A stretch of DNA of 63,561 nucleotides, the filler included, from Collodictyon triciliatum (lineage: Eukaryota), in the NCBI GenBank assembly GCA_043381765.1. It is 13 parts of 13 records of this genome, joined end to end, with 100 filler letters (N's around TTAATTAATTAA, not from the genome) between each part and the next. Parts side by side here need not be neighbours in the genome. Positions count along the whole stretch, not along the records: positions 44,591 to 49,259 come from JBHJMP010005861.1; positions 49,360 to 54,027 come from JBHJMP010005862.1; positions 54,128 to 58,794 come from JBHJMP010005863.1; positions 58,895 to 63,561 come from JBHJMP010005864.1; 9 more parts are not named here. One strand, written 5' to 3'. Every line of letters begins with the position of its first letter. Position 1 is the stretch's first letter. The notes under the pieces were generated by a model. It was not told where the DNA came from. It made no database searches and was given only the letters and a program-made list of their open reading frames with translations. This document shows, in pieces, positions 44,694-62,186 of this stretch. The position numbers and the translations under genes were made by a program.

Positions 44694-44845
44694 AAAAAGT
44701 AAAAAAAAAGTAAAAAAAAAGTAAAAAAAAAGTAAAAAAAGGTAAAAAAAAAGTAAAAAAGTCAGGAATAAGTCGATACCTAGTTAGTAATCAATATAGG
44801 GTATATAAACAACACTTATAACCATTATGCATTAATTATCCTCAG

Positions 44846-46877
44846 GAAAATAGTCGTCGCCACAAACATTGCTGCGGCATCCATCACAATCGAAGGAGTT
44901 CGTTATGTTATAGATAGTGGTTTAGTAAAACAAAAGCAGTTGAGTTTATTCAAGATTATTTTAAGTATAAAATTACTTTTAAGGTGCAAAAAGTGATATA
45001 TACCTTTGGAAATTATGAAAAATGAATAATAATCATATCTATTAAGCTATATCTTTATTCACATCATTGTATGTAAATATCAAGATTCAACCAACGCACT
45101 GGGGTTGAATCTTTGATTACTGTTCCTATATCCAAATTTGAAGCCATTCAAAGAGCCGGTCGTGCTGGACGAACATGTGATGGGTACTGCATTCGTCTTT
45201 ATGACAAGGAGATATTTGAATTATTGAACGAAGGTAAACGACAATTTTTTTTATTATACATATTCAATTTTCCTTTCTAACACCACAATAAAAATATCAT
45301 ACAATAATACCGTTGTTATTATTGATTTTTGAGTCTACTTCTTTACTACAGTATGAATACAAGGGAAAATAACATGCTGTATCTTCATTATACATTCCCT
45401 TTCAAACAATTCTATCTTCTGAATAACAAATTCCTCGTTAGAGAGTACACCTGAAATACAGCGAACAGAGTTGAGTAGCGTCGTTTTGAATCTAAAGTGT
45501 GCAGGCATTAATGACGCAGAAAAATTTTCATATGTTGATAGACCAGAAACATGGAGAATCAAAGATGCAGAGAAACAAGTCAGGGTGTTAGGCGCCGCAG
45601 ATGAAACAGGACGAGTGACACCGCTTGGAAGACAACTTGGCCGGTTGCCATTGAGTCTACCACTTGGTCTTTCCCTTCTCGAGGCAACCAAAGTCGGATG
45701 CGTTCAAGAGATTTTGACGATAATAGCCATGCTTTCAGTTGAGAACATATTTCTTCCTAAAGCGTATTCTTTGCGCGCTCATGCAAAATCCGATTTGAAC
45801 TCCAAAATCCGTAGTGAGTTGGATTACCTTCAATCCAGATCTCACCTGAACCACATTTCTGGAGGCAACGATTTCATCATGATGCTCGTAGTATTCAACC
45901 AGTGGGAGAATGCACACTCAAGGCTGGAATGGTGCCAAGATCACCACGTAAACCATCGATCCATGGAAACAGTTCGCAAGATTCGACTTCATCTTTCCGA
46001 TCTGCTGCAACATATTTGCTCTCTATCACATCGCCATTCAGAAAGCAAAGCAGAAAGCGAGGATAAGGTAAACCTAGCGCCCTGCTTGGATCCAAACCTG
46101 CCAATCGACTCGCCCATCCCGCCTCCTATATCACAGGCTATCATGCGTTGCTTATGCGCAGGCATGTTTCGCTCGGTCGCTCGTCGCGATTCTACCAAGC
46201 TGCACCTCTTCCGGACCATGGATGGACATGGAACAGTGGCGCACATCCAACCATCTTCATCATTATTCTATGCTCAACCGTACCTCCTTTGGCCAGAAAG
46301 ATTTAGTTATCAGCAACCTGAGTCAGAGCAGCGCAATGATGCCGATGGCCATTCTATAGCAAGATCTCATATCCGGCTTGAAAAGGACCTTCCTGGCTGG
46401 GTTGACTGGGTCTTGTACATGGACATTGTACAAACATCCACAAAGACGCACCTGTCGACAGTCGCACCTATCCGCTACGATTGGGTCTCTGATTTGCTTC
46501 CACGACTGCATGATGCCGGGGCGGATCAAAGACAAAAAAGTGAGTCTGGACATAGTGCGGAGACGCAGCCCCAGAGAGCAGGAGAAGCTCTGCCCGAGGT
46601 GAGCAGTAACAGCAGCTGTTCGGAGGGAGAGATTGCGGCTGTGCGCGAAGGAATACCTCGAAAGAAAGAAAGCCCGACAAGAGATGGCTGCTCCCAGGCC
46701 GCCCAAGCAAGGCTCTGCGCACAAGAAGAAAGCCTAGTGCCTGGAAACACTCCCGATAAGTGGCGTTGGGATAAGAATGTCGCTTTTGCTCTGTCTGCTG
46801 TTGCATCGCCCTCTTTTCTTTTCTTTTCTTTTCTTTTCTTCTCTCTTCTTTTTTCCCTCACAAGATACTCTGGCTAA
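44846..46877 (+). CDS. DEAH-box RNA helicase, C-terminal half (DHX40-like)
   Basis: [39 protein letters not shown]2 region ([12 protein letters not shown]), [16 protein letters not shown]. Confidence 0.88.
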
Positions 46878-47311
46878 ATAAAACCGACCACCGCAAGGTG
46901 TGACCTCGGGCGTTGCTTATGTGATCGGGGATTGCTGCTGCTTATCGGGTCACTCTTGCTTAGAGAGAAGGCAGGATTCTTTTTTGCCTTTTTCTTTTCT
47001 TTTTCATTTTTATCTCAAGGTAATAGCCTCTTTGTTCATGGTGTTGGACACAGAAAACAAGAGAAAACAAGAAAAAAACAAGAAAAACAAGAAAAAAACA
47101 AGAAAAAAACAAGAAAAACAAGAAAAACAAGAAAAACAAGAAAAACAAGAAAAACAAGAAAAATAAAAAAAAAAGGGAAAAGAAAGAAGGTACAAGATGC
47201 TTACTACTGATTTATAATCCTTAAACCCTCATCAAACAATATCTATGCCAGATTCTTGGTATTCTTTATGTTTTCTATCTTTTCTTTCACTTATTTTTTT
47301 CCCCAACAGAC

Positions 47312-49250
47312 AGGTGCTTAGCTTGGTGACATATCGAACGCATTCCCCTCTTCCCCAATGTTCAATACTACCTGAGCACCCAAGCGGTCCGTCTATTTTG
47401 ACAAACGAACATGAGCCACTCACCATCGTGCTAGAAGCAGCAGAGAATGCTTTACTGCCCGATAATTTGTCTGCATTTCTTAGTGTCGTCGATTCATATG
47501 GCAATACAGTGGGTAAAGGGGTTCGACATCAAAATATACCTGTAAGCGGATACCTGAGTTCTTCAAAGATATAGATTAAGATGCCTATTCTATATATGAT
47601 AGGATTCACCTGTGAGCACATAACATCCTTGACCTATTAATATACTATATATTCGAGTTTTGATACTTTTTTTTTCCTTTTTCATTTCTTTTTCTAAAGA
47701 GAAAAAAGCAACTGTTTACCCAACAGAAATATAACTTCAAATACTCCAGCACGACAAAGTTGAAATGAATCGAACAAAGAATTACTTCAAGATTCGAGCA
47801 GGAGTTCATACAACATCATGCTCACATTATGGAGTTGACCTGTCTCATTTGGACTCGGAACATGGTGGTTTTCTGTTTTATAGCATAAAGGTGGTAGATA
47901 AAGATACAAAAGTAGAGCTTGGGGAATTTACCCTTCCTCCGATGTGGGTGGTGAGCAAAGCTCCAGCATGTCGGTTCCAGCAAAATAGTGTTTTCCACAA
48001 AATCGTGTCTCAAAACGGTGTTTGGACTCGTTCATGGCGCTTAGTACCTGGAAACAAGTCCTATAGTGGCCGGCATGTGAATGGAAAGCTGCAACTACGC
48101 TCTACTTTGCACGCATATGGACCAGGTTTCCTTGCTGAAGCAATTTTCATCGTGCATATTTTCATCCATCTAATATTCAATAAGGTCCTGAATTCATTCT
48201 AGAGTGTATTTTATTTTATTTTATTTTATTTTATTTTATTTTATTTTATTTTATTTTATTTTATTTTATTTTGCTATTTCCTTCAGAAAATGCTGATTTT
48301 CTTTCCCTACTTGATAAAGTGAACAGGGTGGCATATGATGAATATCTTTCCACAAGAACTACGCTTCAATTATCGGACCATTGCGACGGGTTTATGTTTC
48401 AGTTCGAGTTGTCTCCGATACCAGAGCTCGATATTCATGCTATAACAGCAACGAATTTTGATGGCAGCAAACAACCTGACGAATCAAAGGTAGGAAAAGT
48501 TACAGAGCCGGTGATAAAGACAAATGTTTGTCAACAAAAACAACCATGAAACAAAAGGGGCATTAAGTTCCCCGTACAACGTAAGTTAAACGGCATAATT
48601 ATTATCTTTGATACCAGGCTTTACAAAAGCAATATTATATCGAAAAGGAATGTCCAGAGTCGAAGCCAAAAAGTGTTGACCAGGGTCGATTCAGTTAAAA
48701 AAAAAAAAAGAAAGAATAAACGCGACCAAAAGTAAATAATAATATTAGAAACAATTTTTATTTGTATTTCCCGCTTAATCCATTCAATTTTAAAACCAAA
48801 AGGAGTATATATTAGTTTGTGGGTGATGTTGAGATATGATTTATTTTTTTCCTGTATTCGATTCTAAGTGGTGATGTTGAGGTATATAAGTCAGTAGATA
48901 TAGCAATCCGACCAAGACTAAAGAATATGATGCATGTGAAACTTCGTATCAGAACAATGTCAGGTAAGATGCGCTCACGGTATTTTCGTATTAAAAATGT
49001 TCTTTGATGAGGTTAAGTATCACAAGTCCTGAGAGCTGCGAATATGGATTCGCGCATGCAAACCTGATGGAAACGGTCAACAAAAGGCGGGAATGGGTTT
49101 CTGCGCGCATTGCATGCCTGTAATATGTACTTTAAGGGGAAAAGAAGGCAACAAGGAGAAAATGCTGCAGGTGGAGGACTCAGGCACGGATATTGTCTAG
49201 ATTGTATTCAACACTGACGAATGGGAGAAACTATGGCGATGTAGATTGCG
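47312..49250 (+). CDS. Multi-exon hypothetical protein (possible Ig-fold DNA-binding domain)
   Basis: Exon-like frames at 47312-47541, 47728-48124, 48288-48489 and later, with GT-AG boundaries; family uncertain. Confidence 0.4.
48838..48869 (-). mobile_element. Family B LINE 3'-tail micro-insertion, 32 bp, 16-bp TSD
   Basis: ggtgatgttgag[a/g]tat at 48822-48837 and 48870-48885 flanks gatttatttttttcctgtattcgattctaagt. Confidence 0.8.
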
Positions 49251-49445
49251 TTGTAATGGNNNNNNNNNNNNNNNNNNNNNNNNNNNNNNNNNNNNNNNNN
49301 NNNTTAATTAATTAANNNNNNNNNNNNNNNNNNNNNNNNNNNNNNNNNNNNNNNNNNNNTTTTTTTTTTTTTTTTTTTTCTTCTTTTTTTTTTCTATTTC
49401 TAATCGCTGATATTATAATATCTGTTCTATATTGTCATTTTTAAG

Positions 49446-52905
<3,460 letters not shown>

Positions 52906-53574
52906 CTCATTGAAGGGAGAAAAAAAATGATGGCCTTAAGTTGAGAAATTCAAGGATGAAACTACCCATCTCGTGTCATCTACCAGTTCTTTTCATTCAC
53001 CTGCTTCCATATTCCCTTGATTAAACTTTCTGGCTGATACAGTTCTTCGCCTTTTTTATTATCTTTTTTTTTTTTTCCCTTTCAAAATGGAGCACTAAAT
53101 CGAAATCAAAGCAGGACATACTGACTTTAAGCAAAAGCCTTCTCGAATAAAGTCTATTGGATAATTTACAAGAAAATAAATGAGGCGATAAACAAAAATC
53201 GATAAATAATAGTCAAATAAATAGACACGCCCAGGGAAATTAAACAATCCTTCACCGCCACAGCCGCGTTGCTTCCTTGCTATTGTCGCAGCCACAAAGA
53301 CTATTTCTTCCTTATTTTTTTTCTTTGCACTAATAAATGGATACAAATAAACCCTTCACCATCTGACGAATGAGAAATGCTTCTTGCGCGGTTTATTGTT
53401 TTCTCGGTGGAGTATGGAATGAATCGTTGCTGACAAAATCTACTTGGAATGTACCCTCCAGAACAACACGAGCATTGAACATCCGACCGGGGTTGTACGC
53501 AGGACATGCCCGCGCTGGTATTTGCAGACATATACCTCAAGAGAGCCTAAACAAGGACTTTTCATTCATTTGTG

Positions 53575-53645
<71 letters not shown>

Positions 53646-54219
53646 TGATGATGATGATAATAATAATGATAAAGATAAAGATAAAGTAAACGGGAATTGT
53701 TATACTAAGATTGCAGTAAATAAAAAAAAATGAACGGGGAATATAGAGCCGGAGAGAGAAGCAAAGCTTTGTAAAGATAATAAAAGAAAAAAGGGAATGA
53801 AAAACAGAAAACTCGCGACCGAGAGTGGAGGACACCTTGGTTTTTTCCATGTGTCGTTCCGATTGAGTTTGTCAAACCTAAAATGAACACAGTAAGCTAT
53901 GCCACACTCAGTTAACTTTCGAGGCTCGTTTTGTTTTTGTTTTTTGTTTTTTGTTTTTTGTTTTTTGTTTTTTGTTTTTTGTTTTTTGTTTTTTGTTTTT
54001 TGTTTTTTGTTTTTTGTTTTTTGTTTTNNNNNNNNNNNNNNNNNNNNNNNNNNNNNNNNNNNNNNNNNNNNTTAATTAATTAANNNNNNNNNNNNNNNNN
54101 NNNNNNNNNNNNNNNNNNNNNNNNNNNTTTTTTTTTTCTTTTTTCTTTTTTCTTTTTTCTTTTTTCTTTTTTCTTTTTTCTTTTTTCTTTTTTCTTTTCT
54201 TGATGAAACGTAACCACAG

Positions 54220-56250
54220 AGAGAACCTGGAAGCGAAGTAAATTGGACAGTGACACCCCGCGGGGTACGTTATTTTACGCCCAGTCTTTAGATTCCATAC
54301 GTATCCATTTAATTACATCTAGAAAAGCAAAATAATATATCCTGATACTTTTAGAGAACAAATTATGCGATTAGAGTTCAGAGAGAAATTATATTGCCTT
54401 CTGAAGAGAGAGTTTTATTCTTGATTGACCCAGATTTGTCTGACCTTCAAGGTTATTAGTTTATCTAAAATAACAAATACGGTTTATGATGGTTAGAGAG
54501 TCGATAATGCTCGTCGTATTTCATCCCTTTCACTTACTATCAGTAACAATTATTTAAATGAAATGCCTATATTGCTCTCTTAAATTCATAGCAATGGTGC
54601 GATCAGTTTTAGAGTCATTTGAATCGCCTGTACATATTGTTCAGCTTCAAGCCAAAATGCATGAGGTATCTTCATTTACGACTCCCTTTTCTTTCACTCC
54701 TTTCCTGACACGGCAACTCGATTAGCTTTGGACTCGACTCAATAAGAAGGAATTCGCTGAAGGTACAAAAATTCCTGTTGAATGCAAGCGAGCTATAGAG
54801 CAAGTTCTTCGGTCAACACAAATATTTCAGGTTTACTTCAGCGTTCGTTATATCAGTTAAAAATTATAATGAATCGAAGAGATGAATAAGTCATTCATTC
54901 GGTGTTATTTTCACTCTGTTGTTCCCTGTCCATAAAATCTTTTTTTTTTAAAAAAAAAAAAAAAAAACAACTTTAGACTTGCGATTCGTTGGGAGAAAAC
55001 TATTGGAAATTGGTTAATAATAAAGAAAAGGTTTATAATTACCCGTGTTATCAACTTAAAGATGTTTTTTTTGTTAAGACCCATGTATAATCATCTTTGT
55101 ATGTGCTTGTGTTAACTGCCGTTCTTGTTAATTCCTTTTCCCAGAGATATCTTAGAACAACACCAGATAAGTAACCAATTAATGTCTCTATTAGGACTTA
55201 AAAAGAGTTGCAAATGAAGATTCGCGATGGTCGCTAACCGAATTACAAAGTAATACTGAGTCTGGTCTTGTGTTCGTCATGTATAAGTTGCAACATACCG
55301 TGTGTTTTTAATCTCATTGAAATCTCTACTAATTTATGCACGAAACAATACCTCATAAATATTTATGTGTCCAATCATTAGAGAATATTGCAAAAATATT
55401 GGTTCGGCATGCCAAGTCCCTTGATTTGGACACCATGGCAGAAGAATTACAAACAGTAAGAATTAATTTATACTTTTTTTTTTTATAAAAAAAAATGTTT
55501 GGGGTTTGGATATTGCAAACCAGCGAGTCGCATCCACTAAAGAACTGCTCATCCCAACTACAGGAATGGAAGGAAACCCGTAAGCGTGAGAGTCATTTAC
55601 CTCCAATAGACGTAAGGAAAGTGCTGGTGACAGGTCTCACGCGTGGCAGTCCAGCTCTTTTTAAGGTCTATATATAATACTCACTAAGATTTCCATTTGG
55701 ATGGTATACTATTGACAAACTTTTTAAAATAAACCATTTCTTTGCCTCATTTTTCTCTGTATAATTATGAACGAAAAGAGAGACCCAGAGAACGAAAAAA
55801 AGTGGATGCTTGCAAACAAGGAGGTACGATTATTCTTTGGCGACATATTGATGGAGACTCCCGCAACTTTTTTTATCATTTTTTTTGATGAATTTCATCA
55901 GATTGCAGCGTATGCGGCATCCAGGCTGTTGAAACAACCGGATGCAATAGAGCAGAAGGAGCCGCAGGGCGACTCATCAAATGAATTGAAAGAAAGTGAA
56001 AGTGAGTATTTAAATCGATAAAAAAAAAATAAAAGTGGAGAAATATGATAATCATATAATAGGTAAGTAAGTATCTTAAATGAAGGAAGAGGAAAGAAAT
56101 GACAGTCTTACATATCAATTGTGTATTATTTGAAATTAAACCGGAAACTTGGTCAAAGAACTAGCATCGGATGAGGAGACAAATATAGGTTCGATTTCCT
56201 CTGACTCAAAAATGAGAAACGGCAAGCGTCGCAAAAGAGAAACGAATTGA
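54220..56250 (+). CDS. Multi-exon hypothetical helical protein (partial)
   Basis: Many short exon-like segments between GT-AG introns; no family recognised. Confidence 0.4.
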
Positions 56251-56488
56251 GTCACTGTTGCTCAACCGATAATAGAAACCATAATTCCAATATTATCACT
56301 TCACATCGCAGTAAAATCAAAGCACTTTGGAAATCACCTGCCTCACCCAAGTCAACACCATACGATGTATCAGTATACCCTTGTTTTCCCTCCCTTCTAT
56401 GAAAGAATAAATGAATTTCAAACAAACCCTCCAAAACTCATACTTTCCAACTGGTTGGGTTTTGTTATTATTATTATTTTTATTTTTA

Positions 56489-56580
<92 letters not shown>

Positions 56581-56806
56581 TTATCAATTCTCACATAAGG
56601 CAGACCAAGTCGAGATTTTCTGGGCCGATTGACGCTCTTTTATCTTTTTTTTTTCTTTTTTTCTTTTTTTCTTTTTGAGCAATATGATTATGACAGATAA
56701 TTCATTTCATTCGTTTATTTGAATGTGAGCCGGCGCCTCGTCGCACTGATACCCCTCTAGCCTATATTGTATAGTCTGGTGCATTTAGAATATATATGGT
56801 ACAATA

Positions 56807-56829
56807 TTTTACCTTTATTCGATTCACAG
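56807..56829 (-). mobile_element. Family B LINE 3'-tail remnant
   Basis: ttttacctttattcgattcacag matches the 3312-3334 tail; no TSD seen. Confidence 0.55.
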
Positions 56830-57789
56830 AGAAGGAATGGCTCATGAATCGGATGTGTATATGATTAATATTATATTTTCCAGATGTGACCGATGACGAC
56901 CCAGGAAATCGCGGGTTGAAAATAACAGCGCATCACTGATGCGGAGCCGAGTGACGGGAACAAAGCGGGTTTTGTCAGATTGCTTCGTCTGAGTTGCGCG
57001 GCCGAGTGCCAAACTTACTCTGTCCCAGAGTCTGACGTGGGTGTTGACGTTTCGATCCTTTCTTCCTCGCTGATTCTGTTGTGCATCGCTTAGCCTTTGT
57101 TTATCTTTGTAGCCTCTCAACCCCTTATCTTTAATGCCGATCGTGTTTGTGGAGCGGTTGTGAATTGCGTAAGGGAAGGGCGTGTTGAAGAAGTAGTCCT
57201 CTCCTTCTGCGATCCTTTCTTTCTCCCATTCTCGCCTCGACTTTGAAGCGAATCATAAATACATAATCCAATTAATATGACTGAACGAAGGAAAGAAGGA
57301 AAGAAGGAAAGAAGGAAAGAAGGAAAGAAGGAAAGAAGGAAAGAAGAAAAGAAGGAAAGAAGAAAAGAAAGAAAGAAATGAAAGAAAGAAATGAAAGAAA
57401 GGAAGAAAAGAAAGGAAGAAAAGAAAGGAAGAAAAGAAAGGAAGAAAAGAAAGGAAGAAAAGAAAGGAAGAAAAGAAAGAAATGTTTACCTGCTGCTACT
57501 CCCCTTATTACTCGAAAACAATATGTTAGAGTGGCCCATCAGGTTGACCCAACAAGTGAATGTCCAGTGAAGAGCAACTGCCCATTGTGGGCGAAGATCA
57601 AAGTATGTTTCTGCTCTTCAGTTCCTATATGTGGTTCATTTGAGTTGTATACTTATCTTTACGACGATATCATTCTTTCTTTTCGTTTCCTTTCGCTTCC
57701 TTATGTTTCTTTTCTTGACTCGAAGAAAATTGTTGACAGCCTTGAGAGTAGAATTGACGGAAAATAATCAAGAATAACAATACTATCAG

Positions 57790-58555
57790 AGAGCAGCCCG
57801 ATGAGTAACAAGATGAAGATTCATCGCCAAGTTTTCAATGAACTTGACTACCGCGACGAACAAGGGAGCTTGCGAAGGGCCACAGAACTGAAGAAAATGG
57901 ATGAATATCTTAGCCAAATATATCCTCAGAGATCGCTCGCTGACGCAAAGACCATGATTGATTCGGTAGATACTTGAATCAATTATAATTTTCTTTTGTA
58001 TCTTTGCTGCTATTATTGCCATTTCCATCAATATTATCACTCAATACATCACCATTACTACGATTAGTGTTGTTTACTCAGAACACGAAAAAAAAAAAAG
58101 GCTCTAAAATATTTGTATCATTCCAACGAAAAGATCACGGTGGAACCCACATACGCCGGTCCGCGTCTCCCAAGACCCTTGACTCTGAAAAGCATTCACA
58201 TTTTACTAAATCACTTTCGAAAAGGAGGTGTTTTGCACAAAAAGTTTGCCCTCCAAATATTATTTGATTGTCGCCTTTTGTTAGAAAAAATCCCGAATGT
58301 TCAAGAGGTTTGCTGGCTTTATTTGCCCATCTGAACCAAAAAAAAAGCAAAGAAAAGCAAAGAAAAGAAAAGAAAGATAGAATTCTTGTAAAATTGCTAC
58401 TCATCATCATTCAGTTTGAAAGCCTTTTTACACTATTTTCACTAAAGTATTCCGCATATTTTTTTTTTGTAAGTCTCAAACCAATTTCTCTGATACTGCA
58501 GATACCAATAAGCGAGAAAATTACTGTGTGCGGAGATTTACACGGCCAGCTTGAT
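57790..58555 (+). CDS. PPP-family Ser/Thr phosphatase, PPEF/RdgC (PP7)/PP5-like, N-terminal exons
   Basis: VFNELDYRDEQ, VEPTYAGPRL, LHKKFALQIL, ITVCGDLHGQLD. Confidence 0.8.
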
Positions 58556-59292
58556 GTTTGTAACGCAACTTTATTCTTTATCACTTTCTCATCCAAAATG
58601 TTAAAGATCAGGCTTGAAATTATCATCATATCATTCTTTTCTTCTTTTCTTCTTTTCTTCTTTTCTTCTTTTCTTCTTTTCTTCTTTTCTTCTTTTCTTC
58701 TTTTCTTCTTTTCTTCTTTTCTTCTTTTCTTCTTTTCTTCTTTTCTTCTTTTCTTCTTTTCTTCTTTTCTTCTTTTCTTCTTTTCTTCTTTTATNNNNNN
58801 NNNNNNNNNNNNNNNNNNNNNNNNNNNNNNNNNNNNNNTTAATTAATTAANNNNNNNNNNNNNNNNNNNNNNNNNNNNNNNNNNNNNNNNNNNNTTTTAT
58901 TTTGTTTTATTTTGTTTTATTTTGTTTTATTTTGTTTTATTTTGTTTTATTTTGTTTTATTTTGTTTTATTTTGTTTTATTTTGTTTTATTTTTGTACAG
59001 GCCGGAGTAATATGTAGAAGAGTCTGATTTGGTTTAGCCGTATGAGAAGTCGGAGAGTTTTTTAGAATAACCCTCTGTATAACGTCAGAAAAAATATGCA
59101 TTTACTCCCACATTAATCACGGAGATGATAAACTTTAATTAAAATATAGAAAGATTGACTCTGAAGAAAATAAATCCACTAATTTTGTAATAATTATCTC
59201 ATCAAATAAACTTTATTTTATTTAAATTGTTTAAATAGGTCCGTGAAAGGTGCTATTTTTCAAAATATCAGGATGGATGATCAACTAATTGT

Positions 59293-61365
59293 TTACTTTG
59301 CATATGGCTCAACCCTCACATTTTCTGTGATGAATAGTATCCTCCTTTTGTTAATTCTGTAGGTCAAAAAGAATCGAAAGAGAAAAATGCTAATAGAAAA
59401 TGTTGAAGTCGAAAGCACTATTCTTGACGAGATGAATTTAAACCCAAGCACATGTAGCTCATCATCATGAGAAAATGTGTCTCCAATATTCAGTTTGCTT
59501 AGTACTGCTACAGCAAATGACCACACACAACCGAGAAGGGCAAAGTTTGACAGCTGCCTAGACTTTAAAGTAAGGGCGTCAATCATCACACACCAAATCA
59601 GGATTAGCATGCTTGCTATCCAAAATACCATTCTGTAATCCCATTCACACAAGACACCAGATGAAGCGATTACTTTGAGTATTAGGAATGCTACGTACCA
59701 AAAGTCAAATGATTGCGCCATGTGCTGAATCATAGTAAAATTCGATGTTGCGTACATTTGAGTCAGTAGAATTATTGTCCCACTCATGGCGAGTGCCATG
59801 GCAAGTAAATTCACATCTCTCCTGAAAGAACTCCATATAGAAAAAATGAAGGAAATAAGTGTTGAAATAATGCACATGACCAGACTCGCAAAATTGTAAT
59901 ATTTGGACTTTAACAATTTTGCTAAGATGGGGTATTTCTTCGATATTGTCTTATGAAAGAGAGTATTTCTCAAATCGTATTTGATCGTCTTACACTCTAG
60001 TATGCCAAATTTGAGATATTGTTCATTGTCGATGTATGCTTGCTTTCCATTTTCGTCGTTGATATGCCCCAACTCTTCATCATTCCTCTCAGAGCATAAA
60101 TCGTACTCTGAACGGTGTACAGAAATGCTTTTGTTTATACATAGTTCTTGTGTCATATTGGTATTGTTTGAGTTAGTTTTACTCACCAAGCCTGTGAAAA
60201 ATTCGCCGTTTACTTCTGATGTAGAACGATTTTCTTCTTTAGGAACTATATTTGCTTCAAATAGACGGTTGGATTGTTCAATGCGTTCTATTTCATAATA
60301 AGCGGATATGAAAGCGATATTTGTAGGTCTCTTCTTGATAATGTGGGTGAAGAATATGCGGAACAGGAAAACGAGTATTGTGCTGAGATTATCTGCAGCT
60401 TGAAGTCGGACATTGATAATCTCGATTTTGATTTCCTCGGAAAAAACCACCTCATTATCCGATTGTAATAAACGAAAAAGGAGTATTACCAGTACTGGGA
60501 AATATGCCATCATGCCTATTGATAATATAACATACATTTGCTTCATATGCCTAGCGGCGTGTGCATCGTATAGCAATAGTAAAAGAACCATACTGAAGAA
60601 AGAATGAATCATCGAAACCAACACCGATGGCGAAAACCCATATAAGTAGGCTATACACGAGTGAAACGACACAACATTGTAAACAGTGAACCAGAAGTTG
60701 AATGAAGTCGATAATTCCTTGATTACCGATATTCTTAGGAAAAGAGAATGATGCAAGATATAATTTAATGAGCATATTATTTGCAAAGGGATGTAAATAG
60801 CTGGAGGTATTAGCTGTTTTTGAAAACAAATAGATATCGTGTTGGTAGAGCAGACCAGCCAGACTAACGAAAGTAGTACAGACATCACCTTGTTCTTGTA
60901 TACCTTAGTATATACTTTCAAGTTTCTTTCGGTCTTTAGAAAGTATGAAGCTATAGTTTTTTTCCTTTCTATGGGTTTGGTATTTTCCTTCAAAACGAGA
61001 TTGATGAATTGTTCCTTCCCTTTTCCTTTTTTTAATTTGTCTGATTCATCCGTGGTCCCATCGTTGCCTGGGAACGGAACTGGAGACTCTCTTTGAGCTG
61101 GGTTGCCTACTCCAGAGCAGCCTTGTTCATTTTCTGTCTCATCAAACGAATAAATCCTGGGGCACCTTTCTTGTACAACTTCATCAGTGTCTGGCCGCAG
61201 CGACATCCTTGGTGTGTTCGTTGGGCTTTGTTCCTTGTTGATGTTGTTGTCTCCAGTGTCCTTGCTGGATTCGCCTTTCACAACATGGGGCAGAGTCCAT
61301 GCATCTCTGATTGGATTGTCCTCTTCGCTCTCATCGTCATTCCTGATCGCTCTGGCCTTCATCAC
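59293..61365 (-). CDS. Intronless 690-aa multi-pass membrane protein with two similar TM modules
   Basis: Long ORF; the motif SF[N/D]FW...DA occurs once in each hydrophobic half. Confidence 0.75.
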   Translation of the reverse strand: MMKARAIRNDDESEEDNPIRDAWTLPHVVKGESSKDTGDNNINKEQSPTNTPRMSLRPDTDEVVQERCPRIYSFDETENEQGCSGVGNPAQRESPVPFPGNDGTTDESDKLKKGKGKEQFINLVLKENTKPIERKKTIASYFLKTERNLKVYTKVYKNKVMSVLLSLVWLVCSTNTISICFQKQLIPPAIYIPLQIICSLNYILHHSLFLRISVIKELSTSFNFWFTVYNVVSFHSCIAYLYGFSPSVLVSMIHSFFSMVLLLLLYDAHAARHMKQMYVILSIGMMAYFPVLVILLFRLLQSDNEVVFSEEIKIEIINVRLQAADNLSTILVFLFRIFFTHIIKKRPTNIAFISAYYEIERIEQSNRLFEANIVPKEENRSTSEVNGEFFTGLVSKTNSNNTNMTQELCINKSISVHRSEYDLCSERNDEELGHINDENGKQAYIDNEQYLKFGILECKTIKYDLRNTLFHKTISKKYPILAKLLKSKYYNFASLVMCIISTLISFIFSIWSSFRRDVNLLAMALAMSGTIILLTQMYATSNFTMIQHMAQSFDFWYVAFLILKVIASSGVLCEWDYRMVFWIASMLILIWCVMIDALTLKSRQLSNFALLGCVWSFAVAVLSKLNIGDTFSHDDELHVLGFKFISSRIVLSTSTFSISIFLFRFFLTYRINKRRILFITENVRVEPYAK

Positions 61366-62186
61366 TAGGAAGTGTCCTTTAATACGGTCGGGTTTTCAGA
61401 TTTGATCTTTTTGTTTTCTGTGTTGCTTTGTGTGTCGGTTTGCGCGTTGGTTTGGGCGTCGCTTTGTGTGTCGCTTTGTGTCTGAAAAGAAATATGTCTT
61501 GGGCAGATCGAATGACTTTCAAATGTCCATAGTTCCTCTGTTCCTGGAATAATGCCAGATATAAGAAAGACAGAATATGGCAACTGGAATTTTATTTTCG
61601 TATAATTGCATATTATTATCATATTAAATCACAATATTGGAGAAGAAAAATTTATTGATAGCCTAATTTACTCAATGTGTTATAATTTCCAAAACTATAT
61701 AAACTATTCCTTTTGTGTCCATTCCCAAACGAATCGCAACAAACTACGAAACCCTAGTGGAATTAAGGAGGGTGAAAGCTACAGTATCTTGGAATCACGA
61801 GCGACACACCCATTTTATCGTATTTACATCTACCAAGGACGCGATGTAAAGCAAACTCTGGGATACTGGCTCATAGTTTTTTTTTTAAAAAAAAAAGGGG
61901 AGGGAGAGAGAAGGAAAAGAAGGAAAGAATGACAGTATTTGTCTGTATGTGCGCATTTTATACATATCCAGCTACCATACTACGGCATATTCCGAGCCCG
62001 AAGCGAAAGAGGGTGGCAGGGGAAGAAGAGGCGAAGAAGGGAGTCATTTTGCCGTTAATCCGCTGATGCGCACAAGCGCAGAAAAGAGGAACAAGAAGAA
62101 GAAAACGAAAGAGAGAAAGAGAAAAAGAAAAGAAAAGAAAAGAAAAGAGAAGGGACAAGAGAGCACAGAAGAAGACGAAAAAGATA

